Shown: positions 8,132 through 15,159 of the stretch, in pieces
How positions within the stretch are numbered: position 1 is the stretch's first letter
Layout: each line of letters starts with the position of its first letter
Virus record (IMG/VR): IMGVR_UViG_3300025725_000005
Location: 1-36,919 of that record
Source of the DNA: a virus
Lineage: Duplodnaviria; Caudoviricetes
Direction: 5' to 3' (one strand)
Length of the DNA: 36,919 nt
Made by a program: the position numbers and the translations under genes
Notes under the pieces: generated by a model
What the model was told of the DNA's origin: nothing
Seen by the model: the letters and a program-made list of their open reading frames with translations, nothing else
Database searches by the model: none

Positions 8132-9072
8132 GCCTCGACTCCCTTCTCGACCGTGATGCGAAAGGGACGACACCCTTGCCTGACGGTCGTGTGAATGCCG
8201 AGCAGGGCTTGCCGCTGCTCATCCGGCAGCTGTCGCAGTACCCCGTCGGCGAGTGACTTCCAATCGGTCGACTCGACGTCGCGCGTTCGCTTCCACGTCA
8301 CGGCGAAGTCGGGTCCGGCGAGCCGCGCGAATTCGCCCATGCGGCTCTTCACGAGCGTCTCCAGGCGGTCGCAGGCGGCCTCGATGTCCGCGCGCTGGGC
8401 ACGCGCGCGCAGCAGCTCGTGGATGGCGTCGGCGAGTTCCTCGTCGGCGACCATCTCGGCGCCGTTGTCAGCCGGATACGCGGCCTTTAGCGACGCGGCA
8501 TCCTCGGCGAACGGGCCACCGGCCGCGAGCCGTCGGCGAAAGTCGCTGGCGATCGCGACGAGGTTGTCGAACGTCGCCTGGTCGTGCTCGACGGTGAAGA
8601 TGCGCAGCTCGCTGTTGTGCAGCAGCGCGGCCACGTCGGCGACGGGGAAGCCCGTGCAGCCCATCGCCCAGCGCACTTGCGCTTCGACGTCCTGGGGCGC
8701 CTCGTCACCCTGCCAGCGGCGGCTCTGGCTGTTCTTGCCCTCGACCAGGTAGCGTGCGCGCTTGCGCCGCCAGTCGGGCGAGGCGGCGGCCCATGCGATC
8801 TGCGGGTGGCGGACGATCCCCGCGTAGCGCGTCAGAGCGAAGCCCGTGATGCGCTCGTACTCGACGCCGATGACCGGCTCGACGGCACGCCCGATGAGCA
8901 TCTGCAGCGAGGCCTCGCTGGGCGCGATCACGCCGCTCTTCTCGCGCGCCAGTGTCGCCTCGGACTTGTACGGCGACAGCCCCAGGATGACTGGGATGTC
9001 AGTCGACGTGATCAGTTCGCGGCGAGCCGCGAGCCACTCCTGGCTCCCCTGGCGCAATGCTGATGCGGTCAC
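8128..9072 (-). CDS. YqaJ/lambda-type exonuclease
   Basis: QGSQEWLAARR, ASPD, VEGKN, QVRW motifs. Confidence 0.92.
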   Translation of the reverse strand: MTASALRQGSQEWLAARRELITSTDIPVILGLSPYKSEATLAREKSGVIAPSEASLQMLIGRAVEPVIGVEYERITGFALTRYAGIVRHPQIAWAAASPDWRRKRARYLVEGKNSQSRRWQGDEAPQDVEAQVRWAMGCTGFPVADVAALLHNSELRIFTVEHDQATFDNLVAIASDFRRRLAAGGPFAEDAASLKAAYPADNGAEMVADEELADAIHELLRARAQRADIEAACDRLETLVKSRMGEFARLAGPDFAVTWKRTRDVESTDWKSLADGVLRQLPDEQRQALLGIHTTVRQGCRPFRITVEKGVEA

Positions 9073-9108
9073 TCTTCCTCGATCCCCTATTCCTTCTGCC
9101 CCTCGACC

Positions 9109-9163
9109 GGCTCGCTGGCCGGACCCGCTTGCGTACCTGCCGGCGGATCCGGCCCTTTGAGCC
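9109..9163. other. Intergenic stem-loop upstream of the exonuclease gene
   Basis: Nested pairs GGCTC/GAGCC, GGCCGGA/TCCGGCC, CCGC/GCGG. Confidence 0.6.
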
Positions 9164-9165
9164 AG

Positions 9166-9435
9166 CTAGCCCGGCTGCTCGTCCTCTCGGACGCTGTTGA
9201 GCGCGGCCGCGGTCGCCGGATCACTGCCCAATGGGTCCTGGCTGCCCGACCGGGCGACCTTGGGCAGTGATCCGGGGGTCGTGGCCTCGATGACGCGGCT
9301 CTCGATGTAGTCGGCCTCCGTCGTCGGCATGACGCGGCGGACGATGGCGAGGACCTGGTTGCGGCCCTCGCGTCGTCCCTGCGCCCGGGCTGCCTCGATC
9401 GTGTCGGCCAGGCTGTTCCACTGGACGGCGCTCAC
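9166..9435 (-). CDS. Hypothetical protein
   Basis: GTGA overlap, GAGG upstream. Confidence 0.6.
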   Translation of the reverse strand: MSAVQWNSLADTIEAARAQGRREGRNQVLAIVRRVMPTTEADYIESRVIEATTPGSLPKVARSGSQDPLGSDPATAAALNSVREDEQPG

Positions 9436-9635
9436 CGGACGACCTCGATCCACGCGTCGGGATAGAGCGCCATCCGCCAGTCATTCGGGCCGATCGCCGT
9501 GCGCACGCCTTCCATGAGCGGGTTGTCTGGCTGCGGCTCGATCACGAGCACGCGCACCGCATTACCGAGGAAGACGATGTGGTCGCCGACCCTGACCTGA
9601 TCGCCGCGCACCTTCTGCGCTTCCACCGTGTTCAT
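9432..9635 (-). CDS. Small beta-rich hypothetical protein
   Basis: VRGDQVRVGDHI motif; ATGA overlap. Confidence 0.65.
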   Translation of the reverse strand: MNTVEAQKVRGDQVRVGDHIVFLGNAVRVLVIEPQPDNPLMEGVRTAIGPNDWRMALYPDAWIEVVR

Positions 9636-9841
9636 GGCTGCCCGCTCATCCCAAACAGGGCGCCCACGGCAAGCGGCGCGAGGATGAGCGCTACGACGAC
9701 CACGACGAGCAACGCGAAGCCGAGGACGTGCTTGGCGCGCTCGCTCAAGGTCACGTCGAGGATCGGGTCGTCGGCCCACACCGGCTGCTGGCCGGGGTGC
9801 ATCGCGAGCGGCAGGCCGTCGTGAGCCATGCGCGTGGTCAT
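9632..9841 (-). CDS. Small membrane protein
   Basis: VLGFALLVVVVVALILAPLAVGALF transmembrane stretch. Confidence 0.65.
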   Translation of the reverse strand: MTTRMAHDGLPLAMHPGQQPVWADDPILDVTLSERAKHVLGFALLVVVVVALILAPLAVGALFGMSGQP

Positions 9842-9963
9842 CGGATGCCGTGCCGGTGCTGATAAGCGACGTCGCCCACGGCCAGCCACAACTCGGGCAG
9901 CGTCCGGGCGATGCAGACCAGCGCCATGACGAGGACGAACAGGTCCCAGGGCAGGGCGGTCAC
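9838..9963 (-). CDS. Small hydrophobic protein (41 aa; not in ORF track)
   Basis: Read manually: MTALPWDLFVLVMALVCIARTLPELWLAVGDVAYQHRHGIR; 4-nt overlaps on both sides. Confidence 0.6.
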   Translation of the reverse strand: MTALPWDLFVLVMALVCIARTLPELWLAVGDVAYQHRHGIR

Positions 9964-10235
9964 AGCGGTTCCTCGACGTCGGCGATCAGTCGCCGGAACT
10001 CCGCGTTGGCCTTCGTGGCGCGGTAGCCGAGCCGACCAGCCTCCTGGGCGATCAGCTGACGTGAGCCCGCCGCGGCGTAGGTCTGGATGCGCTCAGCAGC
10101 GCCGAGAGCGTCCTGGGCAAGGGCCATGCCCTCGAGCAGGCCCTCGATCAGCGTTGTGCGCCGGATCGTGACGCGGTCGGGTCGGCCGCGGCCATGCGTG
10201 CGGCCTGCTGGGCGATCGATGGTCGCGACGGCCAT
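9960..10235 (-). CDS. Hypothetical protein
   Basis: TGATG coupling to cro; GAGG upstream. Confidence 0.6.
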   Translation of the reverse strand: MAVATIDRPAGRTHGRGRPDRVTIRRTTLIEGLLEGMALAQDALGAAERIQTYAAAGSRQLIAQEAGRLGYRATKANAEFRRLIADVEEPL

Positions 10236-10429
10236 CACGCGGCCTCGGGAAAGATCAGCTGCTCGGGCACGCCGAGCTCGTCGGCTGCCTGGCGCTTGAA
10301 TTCGGGCGACGGCTTGCGCTGACCATTCAGGACGCGGGTGACGTAGCTCGGGCTCTTACCGGTCTTCCGGGCAAGCCACGAGAGCGATCGCTCCTGCGAC
10401 TTGAGAACCGCCGAAAGTGGATGACCCAA
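10235..10429 (-). CDS. cro: Cro-like HTH regulator
   Basis: SLSWLARKTGKSPSYVTRVLNG; AGGAG RBS; first gene of the operon divergent from cI. Confidence 0.85.
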   Translation of the reverse strand: MGHPLSAVLKSQERSLSWLARKTGKSPSYVTRVLNGQRKPSPEFKRQAADELGVPEQLIFPEAA

Positions 10430-10495
10430 GATGTCTCCTGACTGTCAACCTATGCCGTACAGATGTTCAGCACATCCGAACGAGTGACAGGGAAG

Positions 10496-10524
10496 ACCGT
10501 ACCCACGCGCCTGACGCTTGTCAA
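10496..10524 (-). promoter_or_regulatory. Sigma70-type early lytic promoter
   Basis: Minus strand TTGACA-N17-TACGGT upstream of cro. Confidence 0.75.
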
Positions 10525-10537
10525 TACCTTTGTGCCA

Positions 10538-10879
10538 GTGAATGCGGAACTCCCTGACACTCCAGGCGGACGGCTGCGTGACTTCATCGATGCGCGCTGG
10601 ACGCGTCGCAATGGCGGGATGCGCGGCCTGGCGAAGAAGCTCGCGACGTCAGCCGAGACGATGTACGCCTGGTTCAGGGACGAGCACGAACCGAGCCTCG
10701 ATCACCTCACGCGGCTAGCGGACGCGCTGACCGAGGCGACGAAGACGCCTGTCAGCCGGGCTGAGATCCTCGCCGTGATGGACGGCGGGACACCTCTCGT
10801 GCCGCTGGACGCTGCGACTGAGGCGAACCTGACGCTGCTGGTGAATCGGCTCCTAGACGAGCGTCTAGGGCCTCGATGA
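10538..10879 (+). CDS. cI: CI-like immunity repressor
   Basis: GMRGLAKKLATSAETMYAWFRDEHEPSLDHL XRE-type HTH, divergent from cro; start uncertain. Confidence 0.78.
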   Translation: MNAELPDTPGGRLRDFIDARWTRRNGGMRGLAKKLATSAETMYAWFRDEHEPSLDHLTRLADALTEATKTPVSRAEILAVMDGGTPLVPLDAATEANLTLLVNRLLDERLGPR

Positions 10880-11018
10880 GAATGGCCCGCAGCATGTTCT
10901 CAAGCTGCGTCCGGGCGTCGACCTGGGGCAATGGACTGACTCCCAATTCGGCCCGCCATTCAGATCGCCTGGCCGCTGCGATCGCCGATCTACGGCTTAC
11001 GAAGATCGCAAATCGGGT

Positions 11019-11046
11019 TTGCCAGCTTGTCTGTCACACCGATAAT
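11019..11046 (+). promoter_or_regulatory. Candidate promoter of the cargo operon
   Basis: TTGCCA-N16-GATAAT. Confidence 0.4.
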
Positions 11047-11050
11047 CGAC

Positions 11051-11100
11051 TTGTCCACAAGATCGGCGTGACGGCCGTCAGGGGAGAGGAGTTGTCCACC
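11051..11100 (+). promoter_or_regulatory. Two DnaA-box-like 9-mers flanking a palindrome
   Basis: TTGTCCACA (11051-59), TGACGGCCGTCA (11069-80), TTGTCCACC (11092-100). Confidence 0.4.
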
Positions 11101-11103
11101 TAG

Positions 11104-11943
11104 ATGCCCAGCGCGTGCGTCAATTGCGGTGCCAAGTTCAGCTTTTCACAGCGGCTCTCTGGCGCCCAACTCTGCCCGGACTGCATCGCACGACAGCAAC
11201 AAGTGATCGCCGACGCGCAGAATCGGCTCTTCGCCGCCATCGGCGAGGTCATCCGCAATCCCGTGACTCCGGCCGCCGGCCAACTCCCTGCGCTGACGGC
11301 CGCCAGCGGGCTCGACGCCGCATCGCTCGCGCGCATGCGGGGCGTGGCGATGGGCACTCGGCTCGACGAGCTGCTCGACGATGACTACTTGAGCGACGAG
11401 GAGGAAAACGCCTTCATGGCTGGCCTCCAGTCGCTAGGGATCAGCGCGCACGACATCATCGTCGCGCTCGGCCCGAACTACTCCAAGATGCAGATCGCCT
11501 CGTTCAACGCGGGCCGGCTGCCCAGCCTGGATGCCTACTCGATCATGCTGAAGAAGGGCGAGGTTGCTCATCTCGAGGAGCGCGTTCAGCTGATGAAAGA
11601 GGTGACGCTCCGCGAGACTCGAGGTGGCTACGGCGGGTTCAGTTTTCCCGTAACGAAGGGCGTCCGGTTCCGGACGGGTGCATTCAAGGCCCATTCGGTC
11701 GTGGTCGGCACGGCGATTCAGGTGGCCGATGTCGGCACCCTGACCGTGACCTCGCAACGCGTGGTGTTCTCGGGCAGCCGGAAGACGCTTGAGTTCCTTC
11801 TTCCAAAGATCGTCGGCATCCAGGTCTTCACGGACGGAGTCCAGATCGCCGTATCCAACCGGCAGAACCCGTCTCTGTTCAAGCTGGGTGACGGACAAGT
11901 CATGGCCGCAGCGATCAACGCCGCAGTCCAGAAGACCGCCTAA
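11104..11943 (+). CDS. Zn-ribbon plus PH-like domain cargo protein
   Basis: CVNC..CPDC N-terminus; LKKGE...GTLTVTSQRVVFSG...KI bacterial PH-like pattern; GAGGAG RBS. Confidence 0.75.
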   Translation: MPSACVNCGAKFSFSQRLSGAQLCPDCIARQQQVIADAQNRLFAAIGEVIRNPVTPAAGQLPALTAASGLDAASLARMRGVAMGTRLDELLDDDYLSDEEENAFMAGLQSLGISAHDIIVALGPNYSKMQIASFNAGRLPSLDAYSIMLKKGEVAHLEERVQLMKEVTLRETRGGYGGFSFPVTKGVRFRTGAFKAHSVVVGTAIQVADVGTLTVTSQRVVFSGSRKTLEFLLPKIVGIQVFTDGVQIAVSNRQNPSLFKLGDGQVMAAAINAAVQKTA

Positions 11944-11961
11944 GAGGCTGGAGGAGATTCG

Positions 11962-12258
11962 ATGATTACTGCCCGACTCACGTTGGTCGCGCGCTTAGCC
12001 GCGGCCGTTTCGATGGCGTTGAGCATCGCGCTTGGAGGCGTGTTAATCGACGCTGCGCCGGTGGCGGCATTCACTGGCCACGGCTGCAGCAAGGCGACAT
12101 GCGCTGACTTCACCTCAAGCTACCACGGCTCGAAGTACTACTACAGGCGCTGCGATAGTGCCTGGAAGTCGCTGAGCAACACATATCTCCAAGGCTTCAA
12201 GACGAAGTCCGCCCTGCTCGCCCAGTATCCGGGCCGGAAGCTGCACAAGAAGTGCTGA
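11962..12258 (+). CDS. Secreted small Cys-containing basic protein
   Basis: Signal peptide ending PVAA; four Cys; GGAGGAG RBS. Confidence 0.7.
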   Translation: MITARLTLVARLAAAVSMALSIALGGVLIDAAPVAAFTGHGCSKATCADFTSSYHGSKYYYRRCDSAWKSLSNTYLQGFKTKSALLAQYPGRKLHKKC

Positions 12259-12599
12259 ACATCCGGCTGAGCGTCTCGCTGTTGCTCGTCCTGGTCGTCG
12301 CTGCTTGTGGCGGCTCACCTGCCAGCACGAAGTACACCCAGACCTGGCCCAAGAGCTACGCCACCACAACGTGCGCCGACTGGAACGGCGTCATGGATCA
12401 GCACCAGAAGTTCGTGATGGCCGGCGACATGCTGCTGTCCGAGCAGAAGACGGTGAAGCCCGCCGCCGGCATCCCGTCCGACGCCCTGATCGACACGTTC
12501 GAGGCTGCGATCGCCAGCTCGTGCAACGGCTCGGACCAGCTCCTGGTGTCGAACCTCGCAGTCGGGATCTACGTCACCGACACGCAATACCAGCCTTGA
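12252..12599 (+). CDS. Lipoprotein
   Basis: Hydrophobic signal with lipobox VAAC-GG; two further Cys. Confidence 0.72.
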   Translation: MLNIRLSVSLLLVLVVAACGGSPASTKYTQTWPKSYATTTCADWNGVMDQHQKFVMAGDMLLSEQKTVKPAAGIPSDALIDTFEAAIASSCNGSDQLLVSNLAVGIYVTDTQYQP

Positions 12600-12601
12600 C
12601 C

Positions 12602-13138
12602 ATGAGGGCTGCCCGCCTCGCGCTTATCGGACTGTTCGTCATCGGCTGCGGCGGGATCGCGGCAACCCCGATCGTGATTTACGTGACGCCTCCGCCGCCG
12701 ACCTCGGCTGCCGTAACTGTCACACCGGTAGCCCCGACCGCCACGCCCAGTCCCACCGCGGCGATCCACACCATCACGGTCGACGTGCTGCTGTACGGCA
12801 ATATCCTCAGCTCGCCGCCCGACATCCTGGCGACGAGCGACACACAATGCGCGGGCAATGGCGCTTATTCGGACGTCGCACCGGGTATGCAGGCTACGGT
12901 GCACGACGACGCTGGCAGGATCCTTGGCGTGTCGACATTCAACGATCCGGGCACCATCAAGGAGCGGCCGGCCGTATACGTGACTCAGTGCCTCTTTGAG
13001 ACGGTCGTGCCGAACGTCACGGATTCGCCGTTCTATGCCGTGGACCTGGGCCGGCGGGGGTCGGTGCAGTTCTCTAAGGACGAGCTGCGCGCGCACAACT
13101 GGATTGCGAGCATCACCATCGGCCAGCCCGCGGCGTGA
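12602..13138 (+). CDS. Lipoprotein with Pro/Thr-rich linker
   Basis: MRAARLALIGLFVIGC; TPPPPT..PTATPSPT linker; C-terminal beta-rich domain with a Cys pair. Confidence 0.72.
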   Translation: MRAARLALIGLFVIGCGGIAATPIVIYVTPPPPTSAAVTVTPVAPTATPSPTAAIHTITVDVLLYGNILSSPPDILATSDTQCAGNGAYSDVAPGMQATVHDDAGRILGVSTFNDPGTIKERPAVYVTQCLFETVVPNVTDSPFYAVDLGRRGSVQFSKDELRAHNWIASITIGQPAA

Positions 13139-13383
13139 CCGAGCTCGAGGACGCCTGGGTCCGCATCCACGACGCCACGCCGCCTGGTTGGTTCGTCGGT
13201 CAACCGGCCCATGAGCCACATCGCGCCGTGCCCTGGTCGCAGTATGCCTTCGACACGACCGAGCGGCCCAAGGTCGGGCATCGATCGCGTGAGTGGACCG
13301 CGGTAGGGATGACCGAGGAACTCGTGCTCGAGCAGATGGCTAGGTGCCTGGGCGAGATCGGGGAGGGGAGAGTGCCGAAGTGA
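13135..13383 (+). CDS. Hypothetical protein
   Basis: GTGA overlaps at both ends. Confidence 0.7.
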   Translation: MTELEDAWVRIHDATPPGWFVGQPAHEPHRAVPWSQYAFDTTERPKVGHRSREWTAVGMTEELVLEQMARCLGEIGEGRVPK

Positions 13384-14057
13384 CGCCCGACCAGCTAGTA
13401 GCTGTGGCGGCCATAGTGCAAGCAATCTCAGCCGTCTTCATCGGCGGTTTGACTCTGTTTCTCGTGTTGTCGGCCAGGCAATCGAACCGCGAGCTCGCCC
13501 GCTCTCGGTACCTAGCGGCCGTGCCTTTCATTAACGTTCACGCACCGGTCGTCGAATTTGGTGATACCGGCACGACCCGCTACGCGACCACAAGGTTGAC
13601 GATCACCAACGGGACGGTAACTGCGCTCGACGTCAGGATCCAGCTGATCGGGGACGTCGTGAAGGGCAGGCTTCCCCGCCACGAGGCGGGAATCAACCAC
13701 CTCGCTGCGCTCGCTCCAAGCCAACAGTTGACCATTCAGCCCGAAACTGGCGGTCTGCGAGACGAGGCACTCTGGAACCGGCGAAATCAGGCGGAAAGCG
13801 GTTACAACCGGGCATTCATGTATGACGTGATTGAGGCGCACGTTTGGTGCAGCGGCATACTCGGCGCGACCGTATACGAGGTCTACGAATGGGCGCCCAA
13901 CCCTGACAAGATGTTCGGCGTAATCGAGTGGCGAATCCGCGAGCTGCACATCTCTGGACCCGGGATTGAGACAATCGACCATCGCTACCCGGACGATGAC
14001 GAACGGTGGCAGGCCGACTTAGCCGAAGCGCTCGACGCCGCCATTCGCAAGAAGTAG
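13380..14057 (+). CDS. Membrane-anchored hypothetical protein
   Basis: N-terminal transmembrane helix; visibly more A/T-ending codons than the phage core. Confidence 0.72.
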   Translation: MTPDQLVAVAAIVQAISAVFIGGLTLFLVLSARQSNRELARSRYLAAVPFINVHAPVVEFGDTGTTRYATTRLTITNGTVTALDVRIQLIGDVVKGRLPRHEAGINHLAALAPSQQLTIQPETGGLRDEALWNRRNQAESGYNRAFMYDVIEAHVWCSGILGATVYEVYEWAPNPDKMFGVIEWRIRELHISGPGIETIDHRYPDDDERWQADLAEALDAAIRKK

Positions 14058-14078
14058 GAACGGTGCGGGCATAGGCGT

Positions 14079-14179
14079 TCATCGCGTGCGAACCAGGGGC
14101 AGGTCTGGTCGCTTGGGGCTTCTCCCGCGGCTTCGTCTTGCCATCCTCATCGAGCAGCAGCGGGCTTACCCGGTCCGCC
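14079..14179 (-). pseudogene. Frameshifted remnant paralogous to the 3' end of 14572-15159
   Basis: Reads GGPGKP/LLLDEDGKTKPREKP/KRPDLPLVRTR* with two extra C; intact copy reads GGPNRPLLLDEDGKTMARPKVERPNLPIIGAT. Confidence 0.75.
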
Positions 14180-14180
14180 G

Positions 14181-14408
14181 TTATGACGGCCTAGCACGCC
14201 CCGCTGAGCGCCGCGCAGCGCGGTTCGCCGTGATCGGCACGATCGTTGCCTCGCCTGGCTGGGCGTCCTGTGGCGGCTGCGGCGCCGTGGCGCCCTCGGC
14301 CCTGGCCACGCGCGCGCCGAGGATCTGCAGCGCGCCCTCGAGCTGCTTGATCCGGTGCTGCTGCTCGCCGATCAGCTGGTAGAGCTCGTCGCGCTCGGTG
14401 TCGTCCAT
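14181..14408 (-). CDS. Small coiled-coil protein
   Basis: AAGGAGG RBS; ELYQLIGEQQHRIKQLE. Confidence 0.72.
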   Translation of the reverse strand: MDDTERDELYQLIGEQQHRIKQLEGALQILGARVARAEGATAPQPPQDAQPGEATIVPITANRAARRSAGRARPS

Positions 14409-14572
14409 CAGTCCTCCTTCGTTGGTGCCTGGGTACGTGCGAGCGTCCGGCGCACGGTGCTCTGGTCGATGCCGAAGTGCTCGGCGAGCTGCGCCGTCGA
14501 CCAGCCGCGCTCGCTCAGGGCGACCATGTCGAGTCGTCGGCTGATCTCGGCCTTCGTCGGCTTACGTGGCAT
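14408..14572 (-). CDS. Small HTH protein (54 aa; not in ORF track)
   Basis: Read manually: MPRKPTKAEISRRLDMVALSERGWSTAQLAEHFGIDQSTVRRTLARTQAPTKED; AGGAG RBS, TAATG and TGATG coupling. Confidence 0.78.
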   Translation of the reverse strand: MPRKPTKAEISRRLDMVALSERGWSTAQLAEHFGIDQSTVRRTLARTQAPTKED

Positions 14573-15159
14573 TACGTAGCTCCTGTTGGTGGCGTCGCTC
14601 CGATGATCGGCAGGTTCGGCCGTTCCACTTTCGGCCTCGCCATCGTCTTGCCATCCTCGTCCAGCAACAACGGACGGTTAGGCCCGCCGAGCAAGTCGCG
14701 TATGTCGGCGGGATCTGGCTCAGGATCAGGCACCTTCGCCGCGTCCTCCGGCTTCATACCCATCGCCCGCGCGATCTTGCGGTTCTCGTCGCCACGTTGT
14801 TTGGCCTCGGCTCGCTTAACGTCGATGCGCGCCTGGATAGCAGCCTCGATCGCCACACGCTCGCGGCGGATACCCGATGTCTTGTGGATGAGCACGGCGA
14901 TCCTGGCGCGAGCCGGGGCAGGGGAGTCGTGGAGCTCGACCTTGAAGTCATGGGCGCGAGTACCGAGCCACTCGGGCCAGGTGCCCGAGCCAACGGCGTT
15001 GGAGTGGACCCAAACGTCCTTGAGACTGCCGCCCGCACTCTCGTGCGCCTCGAAGTCGACGAGGCCGACCGCGTTGCCCTCAGTATCGCGAGCGACCAAG
15101 TGCTCCAATGTTCCGACAACTTCACCGTCTGCGTTCCACGCGACCAGCGAGCACAGCAT
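14572..15159 (-). CDS. Hypothetical tail-associated protein
   Basis: TGATG-coupled to the tail fibre gene (start MLCSLVAW), GGAGG upstream. Confidence 0.7.
   Translation of the reverse strand: MLCSLVAWNADGEVVGTLEHLVARDTEGNAVGLVDFEAHESAGGSLKDVWVHSNAVGSGTWPEWLGTRAHDFKVELHDSPAPARARIAVLIHKTSGIRRERVAIEAAIQARIDVKRAEAKQRGDENRKIARAMGMKPEDAAKVPDPEPDPADIRDLLGGPNRPLLLDEDGKTMARPKVERPNLPIIGATPPTGAT

Noticed and set aside
9084-9093. CCCCTATTCC matching the reverse complement of 36021-36030
   Set aside because: A single 10-mer in opposite orientation; could be chance or RBS-related
10461-10482. LexA (GAAC-N4-GTTC) box in the immunity region
   Set aside because: Half-sites are in the wrong order and spacing (GTTC-N9-GAAC)
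14408-14572. Tail-fibre invertase (shufflon) system
   Set aside because: Only an HTH, with no serine recombinase catalytic domain and no inverted fibre cassette
14079-14690. Repeat pair near the tail fibre as a DGR template/variable repeat
   Set aside because: No reverse transcriptase in the window, and the differences are not adenine-specific
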